NCBI RefSeq assembly: GCF_018977255.1
Contig: NW_024704742.1
Span: forward strand, 47,742,001 to 47,806,000
From: Callorhinchus milii
Lineage: Eukaryota
DNA: 64,000 nucleotides
Direction of reading: 5' to 3'
The position numbers and the translations under genes are program-made. Positions 1-13,224 of this stretch are shown here, piece after piece; the stretch's first letter is position 1; the number at the start of each line of letters is the position of its first letter. The notes beneath the pieces were generated by a model. It did no database searches, had not been told where the DNA came from, and worked only from the letters and a program-made list of their open reading frames with translations.

Positions 1-8
1 TGCAATGA

Positions 9-218
<210 letters not shown>

Positions 219-860
219 TAAAGCATAAGCATTAGTATATGACTGTGGGTCACTACACATGCATAGTAGCGTGTTCCTTTTTGATCATGCCTTCACAATT
301 CACCACATTTTGCACCAACAAGACTGACCTGAACTGGACTAATTTACTCAGCTTTTTACATTATGCTGCCCCAAGAAGAGCACAGAATTAGCTCAGAATG
401 ATTGGCCAAGATTTGCTTTTAGAAATTATAGGGTAAAGTTTAGGATGTTTTAAAGCATTATGGGATAAAATGTGTTCTATTCTTTAAATTAGCGTGAAAG
501 TTTTTTAGTTATTTTTTGCTAGATCATTACAGAAGTAGCCAAGCAGAGGTCCAGGTATTGATTATGAAATAAATGCATGTTGTCCCATGTTAAAAAGTAA
601 CTTTTTACCAATCAATGGCTTGGTCCAAGACTTTCGGGGGCACTCTCTTAAAAAGTTCATTTATGGCAAGGAACCATGTTGTGTAACTTTTGCCCCTCCT
701 TGTCAGATAAACAGCAGAAGAAAAATATTAAATCAACAAAATGACTTTAAAAAAAGCTCTAGGGCCCAAAATTTACATTTACACTTACATCTGCTTCAGC
801 GCTAACAAAGTTGGTGACAATCCAGGTCTGAAAAGAAACATATCATTTCTTGTGAGCTGT

Positions 861-1144
861 GAACAACGATTTGACAAGCTAGGACTCTTCAGTCGTGAGA
901 GAAGATGATGCAGAATGGACCTCATAGATGCGTATAACATTTTAAATAGGATTGAAAAAGTAAACCCAGAACAATACTTTAGAATGCACCAAGACAGTAG
1001 AACAAGAGGACAGGTTTAAAGTTGTAAGGGGCAATTTCAGAATAGATACCAAGACATTTTTCTTTACTTACAGGGTAATCAACAACTGAAACATGTTGCC
1101 AGGAAGGGTGGCTGAGGCCAGAACATTTAAAATACAACTTAATG
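861..1144 (+). mobile_element. CR1-clade LINE relic (ORF2 C-terminus)
   Basis: Degenerate LGLFSLE.RR.RGDLI..Y...SRTRG...FF..RVIN.WN.LP..V.EA. Confidence 0.75.
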
Positions 1145-1400
1145 TTTTAATATTTTTCCAAGTATCAACTCCAGTTGGAAACATGAGAATAAAGAAACCA
1201 TACAGAGCAAGCATTTTCTTCCTCCTTAGATATGCACGTAGAGGATATTCAATAATTAACACCTTTTTTACTGAAAAAGAATTCAAGAGCTGATTCCTTA
1301 TATTTTAGTACACTTGCTATCCCTTCCAGCACATATTTTGGAATAGTCATTTGAACAGTCAATAGATAGCACAACAATAAGTACAGAACGGTAGTGTTAA

Positions 1401-1556
<156 letters not shown>

Positions 1557-1899
1557 TGAATCTTGGGATTATAGCAACAGTCCAGTAGAATATTACAGCA
1601 CAGAAACCGTCCATTTGGTCCATCAAATTTACACATTTTTACAACACCTAACCCCAATCTCCCAATCTTTAGAAATACTCTTTTTCAAGCATCTATATAA
1701 TTCCCTTTGAAAATAATTTATGGACTTTACTTCAACAACATGTCAAAAGATTTTAATTATTTTTCACAAAAAGTTATCTTTTACGATAAACTGTCATGAA
1801 TCAAAATCTCATTCTTTGCACAGGTATTCCTCAATTCAGCATTCCCCTCTTCATCTAATGGCTGTTTCTAAAACGTGTTGTAATGTTTCACATTAGTGA

Positions 1900-2255
1900 T
1901 TCCACCACTTAATTGTGGAATTAAGCTCCAGGTCCATACTTGAACTCCTAGTCTAGACTCACAGTGTAGTATAGTACTGGTGAACCACTGTATTATCAAA
2001 AATACCATCTTTCAGATAAGATTTTAGACCAAGGTCCCATCTGCCTCGAGGTGGATGTTTAAAATACAAATTTGAAATGGGAGGCAATTTCCATAGGTGT
2101 TCTGGTCAACAGTCATCCAAATCCTTACTGTCTGCAAAATGGCTGCTGCATTGGCTTAAAATAATAGTTATAGGCTTGGCAGTAATTAAACAAGTGAAGC
2201 ACTTTGAGATGTTTCAGCATAAGGTGCTATAAATACGCAAGTTCTTTCTTTTCCT
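1900..2255 (+). mobile_element. Ancient Deu-domain SINE relic (SacSINE1/AmnSINE1-like)
   Basis: CCATCTTTCAGATAAG...AACCAAGGTCCCATCTGCC...GGTGGATGT-like core, GGCTGCTGCATT, AAATACGCAAGTTCTTTCTT tail (family recalled, not searched). Confidence 0.6.
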
Positions 2256-2265
2256 TCTTCATTGA

Positions 2266-2487
<222 letters not shown>

Positions 2488-2825
2488 TAAGTGGCAGTTT
2501 TTAACGGAACACCTGTATTGTATTCAATTTTTATTCAATTATTATTTTGTAATTAACTTTATTATTTAATGGAGCTCCTCTGTTATCTTTTTGTGTTAAA
2601 CCTTCATCTGTCGTGCAATTCATGCTGCTAAGAGAATTAGTTCTCGAATATTTTCAGACCATACTTAGCAAAAATCTCTCCATAGTAGGAAATAACTTTA
2701 TATCATTATGTTTAAGGAAATCATCACATGTAATCTGTTTTACTCTAACCTTGTGTTATAAATAAAACAAAATGTATAATAATAATACTTGCATTTGAAA
2801 TAGCACCTGATCATGTTGTTGAGAC

Positions 2826-3074
2826 TCTCTGCCCCACTATCGGCGGCCGTGCTTTCAGCCATTGCGCTCTGAAGCTGTGGAACTCTCTCCCTCAATCCCT
2901 TCGCCTTGTCCCCTCTACCTCCCCATTTTCAGATCACGCTTGAAGACCTTCCTCTTTGACCATGCCTACAGTCACCTTCCCCCTCCCCCTGGCTCGGCAT
3001 TGGGTATGGCACTGTGAAGCCCTCCGAGACCCTGTCCGGCATGAAGGGCGCTATATAAATGCAAGTTGTTGTTG
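2826..3074 (+). mobile_element. L2 3' fragment nested in a minus-strand SINE tail (2777-3135)
   Basis: GGRAFS...WNSLP...LKTFLF coding remnant and (GTT)n tail. Confidence 0.88.
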
Positions 3075-3167
3075 CGACGTCTCAAAGCGCTTCACAGAAT
3101 ATACTGTAAAGTGAATCGACTGTATATTTTGTAAGCAAAATATAAAAATCTGACTAATCTTTGCCAG

Positions 3168-3291
3168 GCGTCCTGACACATCAGAGGTAGAAGAGTCGAC
3201 CTCGCCATGTCCATATTGTGCTTTTCACCTGCCAGAGTGTGAACTACTTTGTCCAGGCTGTAAGAACAACCTACCTTACTGTATTGTAACG
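3168..3291 (+). CDS. WDR19: WDR19 exon D (Cys-rich zinc-binding region)
   Basis: tgccag| ... |gtgagt; [41 protein letters not shown]. Confidence 0.96.
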
Positions 3292-4439
3292 GTGAGTGTC
3301 AGAAACTGCATCAATTTCACCAGTGCTTACCGTCCGGCTTACATAGCAGTGGCAAAATTGCTTCTAAATAAAATCTAAAACATCAGAATGTTCTGCAGGA
3401 ATGTGCTGCGGTTTCAGTGTAAACGATGAAGATAATGAGGAGCACATTTCTTATCGCTGGTCTTCAGAATATTACAGAGAATATTAGTGGTAAATAGTAT
3501 GCACTGAGTTAAATAACAATGTTTTACAAATCCTTGTGTTCTTTGAGGGTTCATATCATTCTTTGGTTTAACAAAACTCTGCTTATTTATGTATTAGCCA
3601 GTCTCCCTTCTCCCAGACTCCCAACATTGATCCAAATGTGCTGAGCAGAGGTCTGGGTCATTCAGTGTCCTGCGGGAAAGCTCCTGACCACTGCTTGATA
3701 CTTCCCTGGGATGATTGGCTGAGATCACAAACTCATCATGTGGAGAAATGAATACAAGACCCACACACGACAGTGTGTCACAGTACTCTTCATTGTCCTT
3801 TGCCAGAGCTCCTGGGATGATACAAGCATAAGATTTCCTTGAAATACTGTGTGTCTTCTTTACAATGCTGCCAGCAAAACAGATTAGTTTTCAGAACAAT
3901 TGTGGGCTGGGGTTTTTCTACTCTATCAAAACACTAAAGATCAAAATTGGTTTGAGACACTAATGATCCAGACCAATAGTAAAAGCCTACCAGCTCCACG
4001 GCAATCACTTGACAACCATCACTCAAGTATATCTGCTTCTCATTTCTCTAATGGAATGATAACAGCATACAAAGGTCCTATAAAGAAATTTGTACATATG
4101 AATCATTTAAAATAACAGGGACACAGCTCAAATAAGTGGAGTCGAATATGCCAGTAATTTGTAACAGGATTACTTAATAGTAACATTTTCAAGCTTAGAA
4201 ATTAGTGAATCCATCTGTCTTATGACCAAACATTTATTAAAGTAAACCTAGAATGGGAAACTTTTTAAAATAATAAAATGTGGAAGGAAGATCAATTATG
4301 TCAAAATTCAATCTTTTTTTAAAGAATTTGAAGTGTTTTGTTTTTAGTTAGAAACTGATGTTTTGGGGCAGGGCCTTTTTAAACACAAGAGACGGGTAGA
4401 CAGGTTGTATCCTGTCCAGCCTCCCCCCTCCCGCATCTG

Positions 4440-4752
4440 TCTTCATGCCGCTCCTCCTCTCAGCAAGCAACTGGCCTACTTCACATTTCCCCGTCCTGCC
4501 CGCCCCACCATTGATGGTTGAGCTTTCAGCCTATCTGCTCCCCACTCTCTGGAACTCCAGGAGTCCCCTCGCCTTTCAAGGTTTGTTTCAAGATCTTCCT
4601 CTTTGACCGTGCCTTTGATTATCTTCTCCCCCCACCTCCAATTCTTGGCTCCACCCATCTCGAATCCAGCCCCCAGCTTGGCTGCAAACTGTCCAGCCCA
4701 TTTGGGACGTCCTCCCCATGTGAAAGGTGCTATATAAATCCAATTTGTTGTT
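4440..4752 (+). mobile_element. L2 3' fragment
   Basis: Same 3' end as the 45518 copy. Confidence 0.82.
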
Positions 4753-5045
4753 TGAACAGAGAATTTTGAAACAAGTATATTTTTAAATGAAGGGCTTTAA
4801 AATGTACTTTTTGGATTTTTTTAAAAGACATGCCCCATGAAATATTTCCGTCTCTGGTCTACTATGATTTTTTTTCCGCTTCTGCATCAAGTAAAACTAT
4901 TTCTAGGAGGATTTGTCACTGACAGTCGCATGAAATTAGCATTATTTTAAAGTACTGTTTGACCATAAAATAAAATAAATCCAGGTAGATTGCAGGTGTC
5001 ATTTTGAGCTGGAAGAATGAAGTGTTTGGATCTGTTTTTCACCAG

Positions 5046-5122
5046 GGGCGTCACATGGTGAAAGAGGACTGGACCATTTGCCCACACTGTGATTTTCCAG
5101 GCTTGTATTCCGAGTTCAAAAT
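5046..5122 (+). CDS. WDR19: WDR19 exon E
   Basis: caccag| ... |gtgagt; [25 protein letters not shown](I). Confidence 0.96.
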
Positions 5123-5184
5123 GTGAGTAGAGGTGTAGGATTAATATGTTTTTTCGATTTATGATCAAATTACCAGTATAATAC

Positions 5185-5550
5185 TCAAACCTGTTAAAGC
5201 AACCATCTCTCTCCAGCAACCACCTGCTGTCAACAACCCCCTTAGAGTAGTCCTGACTGATTTTCCATAATACACTGGTGGGCTGCTCAACACAGGCATT
5301 GTCATTGGCATCTAGTGGAGGTCTACATGTGGACTCACAGAAATTTTTGGCCCGTAGAAACACAGTAATGATTTGTATTTTGTAATTGATATTACTTTCT
5401 TAAAACTAGTTTGATTTATGGGCTTGTATGTGCACTGTATTTTTCTGTGCAATTAAAAATTCTACACACCAACGAACCCTTACGCAGAGGCCACCTTTAC
5501 ATAAAGGCCACTTTGGTTCAGTCCCTAGTGGTTGTTAAAAACAGGTTTGA
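5185..5550. mobile_element. Non-autonomous DNA transposon relic (pogo/Tigger-like MITE)
   Basis: Imperfect terminal inverted repeats TCAAACCTGTTAAAGCAACCA (5185-5205) and TGGTTGTTAAAAACAGGTTTGA (5529-5550). Confidence 0.55.
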
Positions 5551-5911
5551 TTAAGTTATAACTTAAGTGTGGTTAAGAACAGTGGGGGTGATGTTGAGTT
5601 ATTGCCTATCTGCACCAGGTTGATAGGGTAGTGGTTAGTGGGTGGACAGTTCTTGGGGAGAAATAGCAGTTCTTCCTCCATCCTGCAGTTACAGTATAGT
5701 CAGCAACAGCTTTAATATTTCACAACATTACAAAAGGTTTGGGTCATTTGATCTCATCCTTCCAGAATACTCACCCGTCTATCCCATTACAGTATCAAGC
5801 AATTTATTTTAATTGAGAAGCCGATTTTTCATTGAGAAGCTTAGAAAGTCAAATGATGTTAAAATTTCAGCCACCACTCATTCAATGCATTGTTTGTTGT
5901 ATCACTAACAG

Positions 5912-6023
5912 TCTGCTCGAGACTGAGAAATCCTGTCCCATGTGCTCAGAAAAACTCAGTGCTGAGCAGCTGAAGAAAAACGCTGAGTTGGCTCCATTGT
6001 TGCTGCCAGATGAGATTGAATAG
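5912..6023 (+). CDS. WDR19: WDR19 last coding exon
   Basis: taacag| acceptor, phase 2; LLETEKSCPMCSEKLSAEQLKKNAELAPLLLPDEIE then TAG at 6021-6023. Confidence 0.94.
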
Positions 6024-7524
6024 CGAGAGCAGGAAGAAGCCAAGGCAAAACATGAAAGGTACTGATCACCAGCATTTGCCATTTAGCTGCAATGTGTATA
6101 TTTGAAGGTGAGGGAGGGAAAGAAATGTACAGTAAATCTCACATAAGGTGTATCAGCCGGGGCCATAACATTTAATAAGACTTATTAAATTTCACAATCC
6201 AAGTCGCAGGCAAACTGGTACAAATCCGGCATATTTTATCAGGGGACTTCGCTTGTTTGCCTCAGTTCTGATGCTGTTAATTGCACCAGTGGCAGTCCTG
6301 CCCTACTATTGGCATCAGACTTCCCTATTTGTTGTCTCCCCTGATCATTGCTTTCCCCAGCTTCACTCTCAACGGTAAAAAGCATCCACTGCCCATTCAT
6401 GATTTTACACATTTCCCCTAAACCTGTGACTTTTACTAAATTTACCGTGACTGCTCTGTGATTTTTGAGAAATGCTATGACAAATCTGTAGCCCTACAGA
6501 TGAGTCATTGTAAAAGTCATAGTTCATTTATCTGCCATCTTTGCTGTTACTAAACCAACTACTGTCCAGGGCAATGTTGTTGCGTAATGAAAGCTTAATA
6601 GCAGATTCTTCTTGTTCTGGAGCTCTTGACAATACAAAATTTTTAAAGCTATGTTGCATGAAATCTGAATCGTCCACAACTAAGAGCTGTCTGGGGGGGA
6701 AGAGTGAGAACTGTATACCACTTCACACCAGCTTGTAGTAAGCAACACAACAACATTCCCACTGGAGACTCCAAGTCATTCAAAATACACTCTTGCATAT
6801 TACCAATCTTCACTTTCCAAAAGTTTGTTGCATTGAATGGTGCTAGCAAGTATAAGGCAATGTCAAACACCCAAACTTGTTGACACTTCTATTTAATGAT
6901 ATATACGTTTGGTTTGAAAAATAGTCTGGTGTAACAATGGGACTGCCACATCAGTGGCACACTTTGAGAAAGTGGAAGGTTTCCTGGCAGTTCCTGGCTA
7001 TCTTATTGAATCATAATTTTAAAAACCTGTATGTAATATGAAGTCAAAATGTATTCAAGAATGAAGACAATAGAATGTTTTTTATAAACAAGCTTGAGCT
7101 ATTTTATTGCAGAAAAGAGAAACCCAGGTCATCAAACATTATCAAAACACTGGATTTTGACCCAAAATATATTCATTCCAACCAACACATTGAAATTGAA
7201 GAGGGTTGTGTTTTTCCCTCTCCATGGGTAGTTTCCTATTAAGGTTGCTAGTAAGGTTGCTGGTGCAAACATAAATGAGCAAGAAGCTAATTAATTTTCC
7301 AGAATGCAGAATGTCTGTCAACTATTTGTAAACCTGGCATAAACATGTCCAGATCAGAAGCGCTGAGAACATAGCACTGAACACAAGAACAAGGTCATGT
7401 TACAATTGGGTGGTAGAGCTGGAGCAAAGTAGAGGCTTGTCCAGTGCTGTCCTGGATGCTGACTTAAGAACTTCAGTGGTTATTGGTTGTTTTGTGTGGT
7501 TTAGACTATTATGTTAGAAACCAC

Positions 7525-7703
7525 AATACAATACTTATATATGATTTAGTGCCTTATCACATTGTTGAGCCCTCTCAAAGCATTTCCATAGAATATACTG
7601 TAAAGTGAATAGACTGTATTTTGTGTGTGAAATGCAGCAGCCAATACGCACAGCAGGGTCCCACAAAATCGAGTGACCAAATTATTTTTGAAGGGATTAT
7701 TAA
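7525..7703 (-). mobile_element. Diverged SINE 3' half
   Basis: Reverse complement of the SINE body and tail. Confidence 0.75.
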
Positions 7704-9474
7704 TCAATGTCATTTTATCATTTTATTTACAGATCCAGAATTGGGAGGCTGCTGAGAGTTTTTATAAAGTGTTTCAGCAACAATGGAAATGATATTTACA
7801 ACTTTAGTTTCACTTTTTTAAAAAACGTATGTTCTAAAAATGTAAATAATGTGTTCTTTTTCAACTGTTAAGTTTAAATGCTTTATATTATAAACTATAA
7901 CTGGTTCAGGTTTGGAGAGCATCAGTGTTTTTTTTAAAAAACAATATATCTTCAGGTTATTTACAAATTAAAGGTGGAGCCAGAAGTTCAGAGCTTATTC
8001 TCCCTACAAATTCTCAACCACATCCAATCATTTCAAACATAATTATTCCAGTTCCACTTGGCAAAAATCAGATGTGACTTCACTGTACTTAATGGTAGCT
8101 TATTCCAAAGCTCAACTTTGGGAAATATTGCTTCCAACTCCTCTGTTTGAGGTGTACTAGCATTTTGAATGTATAGACAGTATGACCTTTTCAATACAGA
8201 GAACAGAAATACATATTCCATTGCAGTAATAGTGATTGTTTTTGCAGTTGAGGTGTTCCTTTGTGTTAAAGGCACAATCTAAATTACTTTAAAACAGACA
8301 AGAAACAGTGTTCTCTACATTGGTCACTCATAGTTCAAGCTATTTTTTCATGGTGATTACTGTCTCCAAAGATGAAGCAAACGATGAAGTAGGAGGAATC
8401 AGGGAGGAATAACGAAATTGCACAATATTTAGATGGCAACTTACCTCTGGTTACTCCCAACAGAATACCAGTATATCAGTTAAAGGCAAAAGCCTGGACC
8501 AGTGTAAAAGATCCTGAGAGATATTATGTGGGAGCTAGAGTATGGTTTCTTCTTCCACATACAATGTCCTGATACACAACATGAGTCAATCAAATTCATC
8601 TTCATGACGATGCTCTTGTGAATGCTGCTTCTCCAGGTCTGAGTCTGTCTGACCTGGGCACGAAAGAATGAACGACTTGGTATTGAACTGTACCCAGTGT
8701 CTCTACACTTAAATGAATTGAGCGTCACTTGTTTATAGTCAGGTTCACTTCCAAAGGAATTTCAACTCAAGCTGCTTTTCCCAGGATTGACTGCAATAGC
8801 ATGTGAAGATTCAACAAACAAGGAAGAACAAAATTGACCAGTTGTTGAGCCGATCAGAGGAGGCATATTAACCTGACCTGCTGTTTTGATGCTGCTCTCA
8901 AAAAACATGCTGACGTTGTTAGTGAATGTATCAAAATTAACAAAAAAAAACTAACCAGAAGATGCAATAACTCCAAGCTCAGAATATTCAGTTAAGCGTT
9001 TCAACATGACAAAAATACTCCAATTCAGTCTCTCCTGCTCAGCAGAGTATTAAACCTATTTCAAAATGTCCCCATCCCCACTCCCAAAAAAGCACTCCAG
9101 CAAAACCTTAGGCATCTGCAAAACTTTCCCCAAAACATTAGCAGTTAAATAGAGCTAAGTTTTCCAGAAATTTTGAATGAGCAAAAATTAAATGCACCAT
9201 AATTTTAAAACATTCTGAAATTCTACTATCCATCAAACCAAGAGGTCTTCCTTAGGTGACAGTTTAATATATTTAGGATCACAAACAAGATGGACCATTA
9301 AGTTGTGTGAGAAGGAAAGGGGAAGCAATACCTTTGTCGCTGACCACTGATTGAGAGAGCACATCGTCTGAAACAGATGAGGCAAGTAGATCTCGGTGGC
9401 GCAACCACCCTGATCAGGCAAGAGGACAGGGGTCTGCAGCTCTTGAATCTCGAGAGATGCTGGTGGTAAGTTTC

Positions 9475-9480
9475 AATAAA
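9475..9480 (+). terminator. Candidate WDR19 polyadenylation signal AATAAA
   Basis: AATAAA followed by a T-rich stretch; alternative ATTAAA hexamers at 6184 and 7967. Confidence 0.35.
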
Positions 9481-9565
9481 AATAATTCATTCATTTGATT
9501 TTAGGTCTGTTCAGGGGAGAAACTCGGGATCACCTTTGTTGTGCAGATTCAACTGCAGAAATTAC

Positions 9566-9571
9566 TTTATT
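9566..9571 (-). terminator. Candidate RFC1 polyadenylation signal AATAAA
   Basis: TTTATT on + strand about 260 nt downstream of the RFC1 stop codon. Confidence 0.6.
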
Positions 9572-9829
9572 CAAATTTTGTGCCACATTTCTGTTAAATG
9601 TACAATTTTCAAAAAAAAAACCTAAAATGTAGGTCTTTACATTATTATATACAGTGGCAAATACTTCACACAACAGTATTCTGCTGAGTAAAGATAGAAA
9701 ATAAAAATGTAAGAATCCCAAAAGTAACCCTTCTCTCCATCAGTCGCTGGTGAACACCAGAGCCTGAACTGCAGTCCAGTTTGGTTCAAGAAGCACAACT
9801 AGCCATTCAACAGCCAAGTCTGTACAATG

Positions 9830-9922
9830 TCACTTCGTCACCTTCCCCTTCCCTTTACTTTTCCCTCCTTTTCGCTGTGGTTGTATTTTTTCTTCCTTTA
9901 CGATCTTCGATGTTTTCTTTGG
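9830..9922 (-). CDS. RFC1: RFC1 exon 25 (terminal)
   Basis: ttattag| acceptor; PKKTSKIVKEEKIQPQRKGGKSKGKGKVTK then TGA. Confidence 0.9.
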   Translation of the reverse strand, partial: PKKTSKIVKEEKIQPQRKGGKSKGKGKVTK

Positions 9923-10611
9923 CTAATAAAACATGAACATGCATAAGTTAATCAAGACAACATTGATCATTCGTAAGTCAGATTTCCAGCTAGAAATATA
10001 TTACCCAGTGTTGTAATGCTCGCTCACACTCTCCTCATGACATGGAGCCTGGTCAGGATATCACAACGTGAAGAAGAACGAGCATAAACTCACTTGCTAA
10101 TATCCAGGGATACACTGTATTGCTGTTTGACNTTTTTTTCTAAACTGTTCAGAGAAGACAGTACTGTTTCAATACAGTACAATACTGTTAGTACAGTACT
10201 AACCTCATACTGATTTATTCTCAATAACTGCTTACTTGAGAGGCGTTCTCAACCATTGAACTACTTTATTGGTACAGACACAGCAGTTCATATTCTAGTT
10301 GAGCTTTAGTTGTGGGCAGCCTGTATCTTGCCAGCGGGACTCAGACCCCTGCCCTCCCTCAGCCATATCCAGGGCCACTGGGGGAGCACACTGAGTGCTT
10401 TGGGAGGTCGGGGGTCCGAGATACCAGAGTTTGAAATCGGCAGGGGAGTCCGGAAAGTGTCCAAGTTTGTGGTATTTTAGTTGACCTGTCGTCCAGATTT
10501 TCCCAGGGCCACCATTCTGCCTTGTGTCAGAGCCCAGCTGGTGGGCTCTGACACAAGGGTGCACTGACCTCTACATGCCCCTAAGGTCGGTTCAGGCCCT
10601 CTGTGGTTTAC

Positions 10612-10809
10612 CTTAATCATGGGATCTGTTTCCATACTGTTTGCAGCCTCCTCCTCCTCCACCACCACTTCCTCTGGCTGGACGCCCTCAGTCTCAAGCT
10701 CTGTGTCTTGGGAAGGTCCAGCTCCACGTTTTGATTTCTTTATCCCCTGCAGTGCATAGGGCGTCAAGTGGGCCTCCCTGTTATAGGCCCGAGTGAAGGC
10801 AGCTTTGAC
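10612..10809 (-). CDS. RFC1: RFC1 exon 24
   Basis: ctag| ... |gtaaac; VKAAFTRAYNREAHLTPYALQ...NSMETDPMIK. Confidence 0.95.
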
Positions 10810-11000
10810 CTAGCAAAAAGAGAAAAGGCACACTGTCAGACACTGAAGTAATAGAGATTAAGAACATTTACACAGGCTTAGAGGCGCACTTGCTACATTA
10901 CACAAGTTAAAAATGAAGTCTATTCAGATTTAGGACTGGGTCCAGCTGCACTGAGCACTTTGAGCAGTATTTTTGGTGATTATAGAAATTGCTTGGTTAC

Positions 11001-11214
11001 CTTTGGGTCTAATTTTGCAAAGGGATCAGATCTGCCCCCCCAGCTGCAAATCTCCATGATACTGTCCACATCCTCTTTCATAAGATAATATGCATCCATC
11101 GTTCCAACAGCGTGACGAACCCCATTGGTTCCTTCCTCCACCAGCGGCCGAACCAGTGTGTCCCGCAGGTAAGGGAGGTAGTCCAGATTCACTGCTCGCT
11201 TACTGGTTTGAGTC
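11001..11214 (-). CDS. RFC1: RFC1 exon 23
   Basis: tgacag| ... |gtaacc; TQTSKRAVNLDYLPYLRD...SWGGRSDPFAKLDPK. Confidence 0.96.
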
Positions 11215-11384
11215 CTGTCAGTTTTTTTGTAAAAAAGTATTAAAAAATATTTAATTAGTTCAGATGAAGACTGAGAAATTATGGAAGAATGTTAAATTTT
11301 TATTTTCAGGCTTTGAAGGCCCTTGTGAAAGGCACTATATAAATTCAAGTTGTTGTTATTCTTGAAATTAAATATAATAATATA

Positions 11385-11698
11385 TAATAATCCTTGCATT
11401 TGATATAGCGCTTTTCACGTTTTCTAGACGTCCCAAAGCACTTCACAGAATAGACTGTAAAGTGAATTGACTGTATATTTGTGAGCGAACGTGGCAGCCA
11501 ATTGCGCACAGCATTTTCCCACAAAGTCGTGGATTGAAAATGACCAATTTATTATTGTTTTGGGTTTTGAAGGGATTATTATTAGGCTCTGTGTGGAGTA
11601 AGGAAACTTGCCCAAGGTTTCGCCCTGACCTGCCGGGAATTGAACTCAGGTGTCTCACTTGCAGAGCGAGTGCTCTAACCACTGAGCTACAGGACTCC
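11385..11698 (-). mobile_element. Young tRNA-derived SINE, full length
   Basis: GGAGTCCTGTAGCTCAGTGGTTAGAGC head with A/B boxes, body, AAATGCAAGGA(TTA)n tail; near-identical to other copies. Confidence 0.93.
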
Positions 11699-12664
11699 AC
11701 TAAATTGCTAAATTGAACAGCAGCAACACCTGATACTCAACTCAAGGTTTTAGCTGCAAGAGGAGTCTGGTTTATCAATGAAGATCAACTAAGTTTTAAC
11801 CAGAAAGCAACAACTAATACTTCCCCAACTGTTAAATTGCTAAGTCACAATATGGAACCCTGTTGCGAATGGACCACTCAACTTAAAAGGGAGATTATTT
11901 TCTCTCCCGATGGTGCTGGAGTACATTTCCATGAACAAAAGCCACCAGATCCACAAGAAAAAGGCAATTCTTCATGCATCAACCTGATCAGCACGTGTCA
12001 CAAGCACTCAACCATCAAGAGCATCATTACTAAATCTAATCCCATCTTCACCAGACCTTCACACACTTTCAGCAGTAGTCTCTGATTAATGGTCAGGAAT
12101 GGGAGACTCCCTTTATAGACCAAGGGCACCAAAGCCAAATGTAGAACCCCAGATGAAAGCAGCTGTCACCACAGGCAAGGGATTAAAACATTCCTGACGT
12201 TCAGTCACACACTAGATATTATCGCAGAATGGATCGATCCTCACTTATCTACAAATTATTTCCACCTCCTCTACCTATCCCCTTCAGTTAGCCTGAAGGC
12301 CTTCTGGTGCTTCTTGACCTCTCTGCTGTACCATTGGCAGCCGTGCTTTCAACCACTGCCTGAACCTGTAGAAACCACCCCCCCAATCTCAATTGCTCCA
12401 CCTTGCTATCTACTCCCCATTTTCAGATTCCACCTGAAGAATTTCCACTCCAACCATCCCTGCAGTAACCCCCCCAGCCCACCCTCCCCCACTTTCTTCC
12501 CAGCTCCACATCAAACTACGATTATTAAGCGCCCTCGAGATACTATCCTGCTCATCGACCATTTTGCTATTGTAGAATCCCAAAGGGAAGAAAAAAAACT
12601 TCTGTACCATCAGTTCACCCAGTATAACAAGTCCTAAGGTGGCTGCTGCAATCATTGCTCGTAC

Positions 12665-12810
12665 CTTAGACACATGTGCCTGGTAAGTTCTTGTGTGATG
12701 CGATCATGCTTGCCAGTAGAGGAATATTTTCCCAACCAACTTGGGAAAGATGGAAACTGTGACATGTAGCCTCTCATCAACTCACCAGGAATAACACTGG
12801 CATAAATAGC
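12665..12810 (-). CDS. RFC1: RFC1 exon 22
   Basis: ttacag| ... |gtacga; AIYASVIPGELMRGYMSQFPSFPSWLGKYSSTGKHDRITQELTRHMCL(R). Confidence 0.96.
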
Positions 12811-13106
12811 CTGTAAAAATCAGAGAGTGCAAGACTTAAGGTGTCTGAAGCAGACGTTTGTTATTTATACATTCATGTTTTTACGGCATCCATAATCCCT
12901 ATCCAACCATATTTACGATGAATTGGGTTGCCTGGTTTATAGATTTATCAATACCATTCCTCTAACAGGAAGCATTTCTTTTACTTTAGATATGACCAGT
13001 TGGACAAGAATAGTCTGTTCTGGTGGCTCCTAATGGCTTAAGTCAGTACTGACTAACTCAGGGAGCCATTCGGACATCAAATTTGAATGGTTTCTGTAGC
13101 ACTGAC

Positions 13107-13224
13107 CTGAGTAGGGAGGAGAGTCCAGATCTGCTTTGAACGGATCATTTTATCGACCAGATCACCATCACAGATGCTTTCGGCCGTTTTACTCAGCAGC
13201 ATCAGGTGTTTTTTCATGTTTGAG
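13107..13224 (-). CDS. RFC1: RFC1 exon 21
   Basis: ttctag| ... |gtcagt; SNMKKHLMLLSKTAESICDGDLVDKMIRSKQIWTLLPTQ. Confidence 0.96.

Noticed and set aside
6365..6496. Possible hAT transposon end (...TGTAGCCCTA)
   Set aside because: No matching opposite terminus or target duplication found
10132..10132. Ambiguous base n (also at 54005)
   Set aside because: Single-base assembly uncertainty in introns; no biological meaning
10295..10611. ORF extension of RFC1 exon 24 into the last intron
   Set aside because: A good donor at 10611 and a conserved terminal exon at 9830-9922 explain the gene; the extension has no recognisable homology
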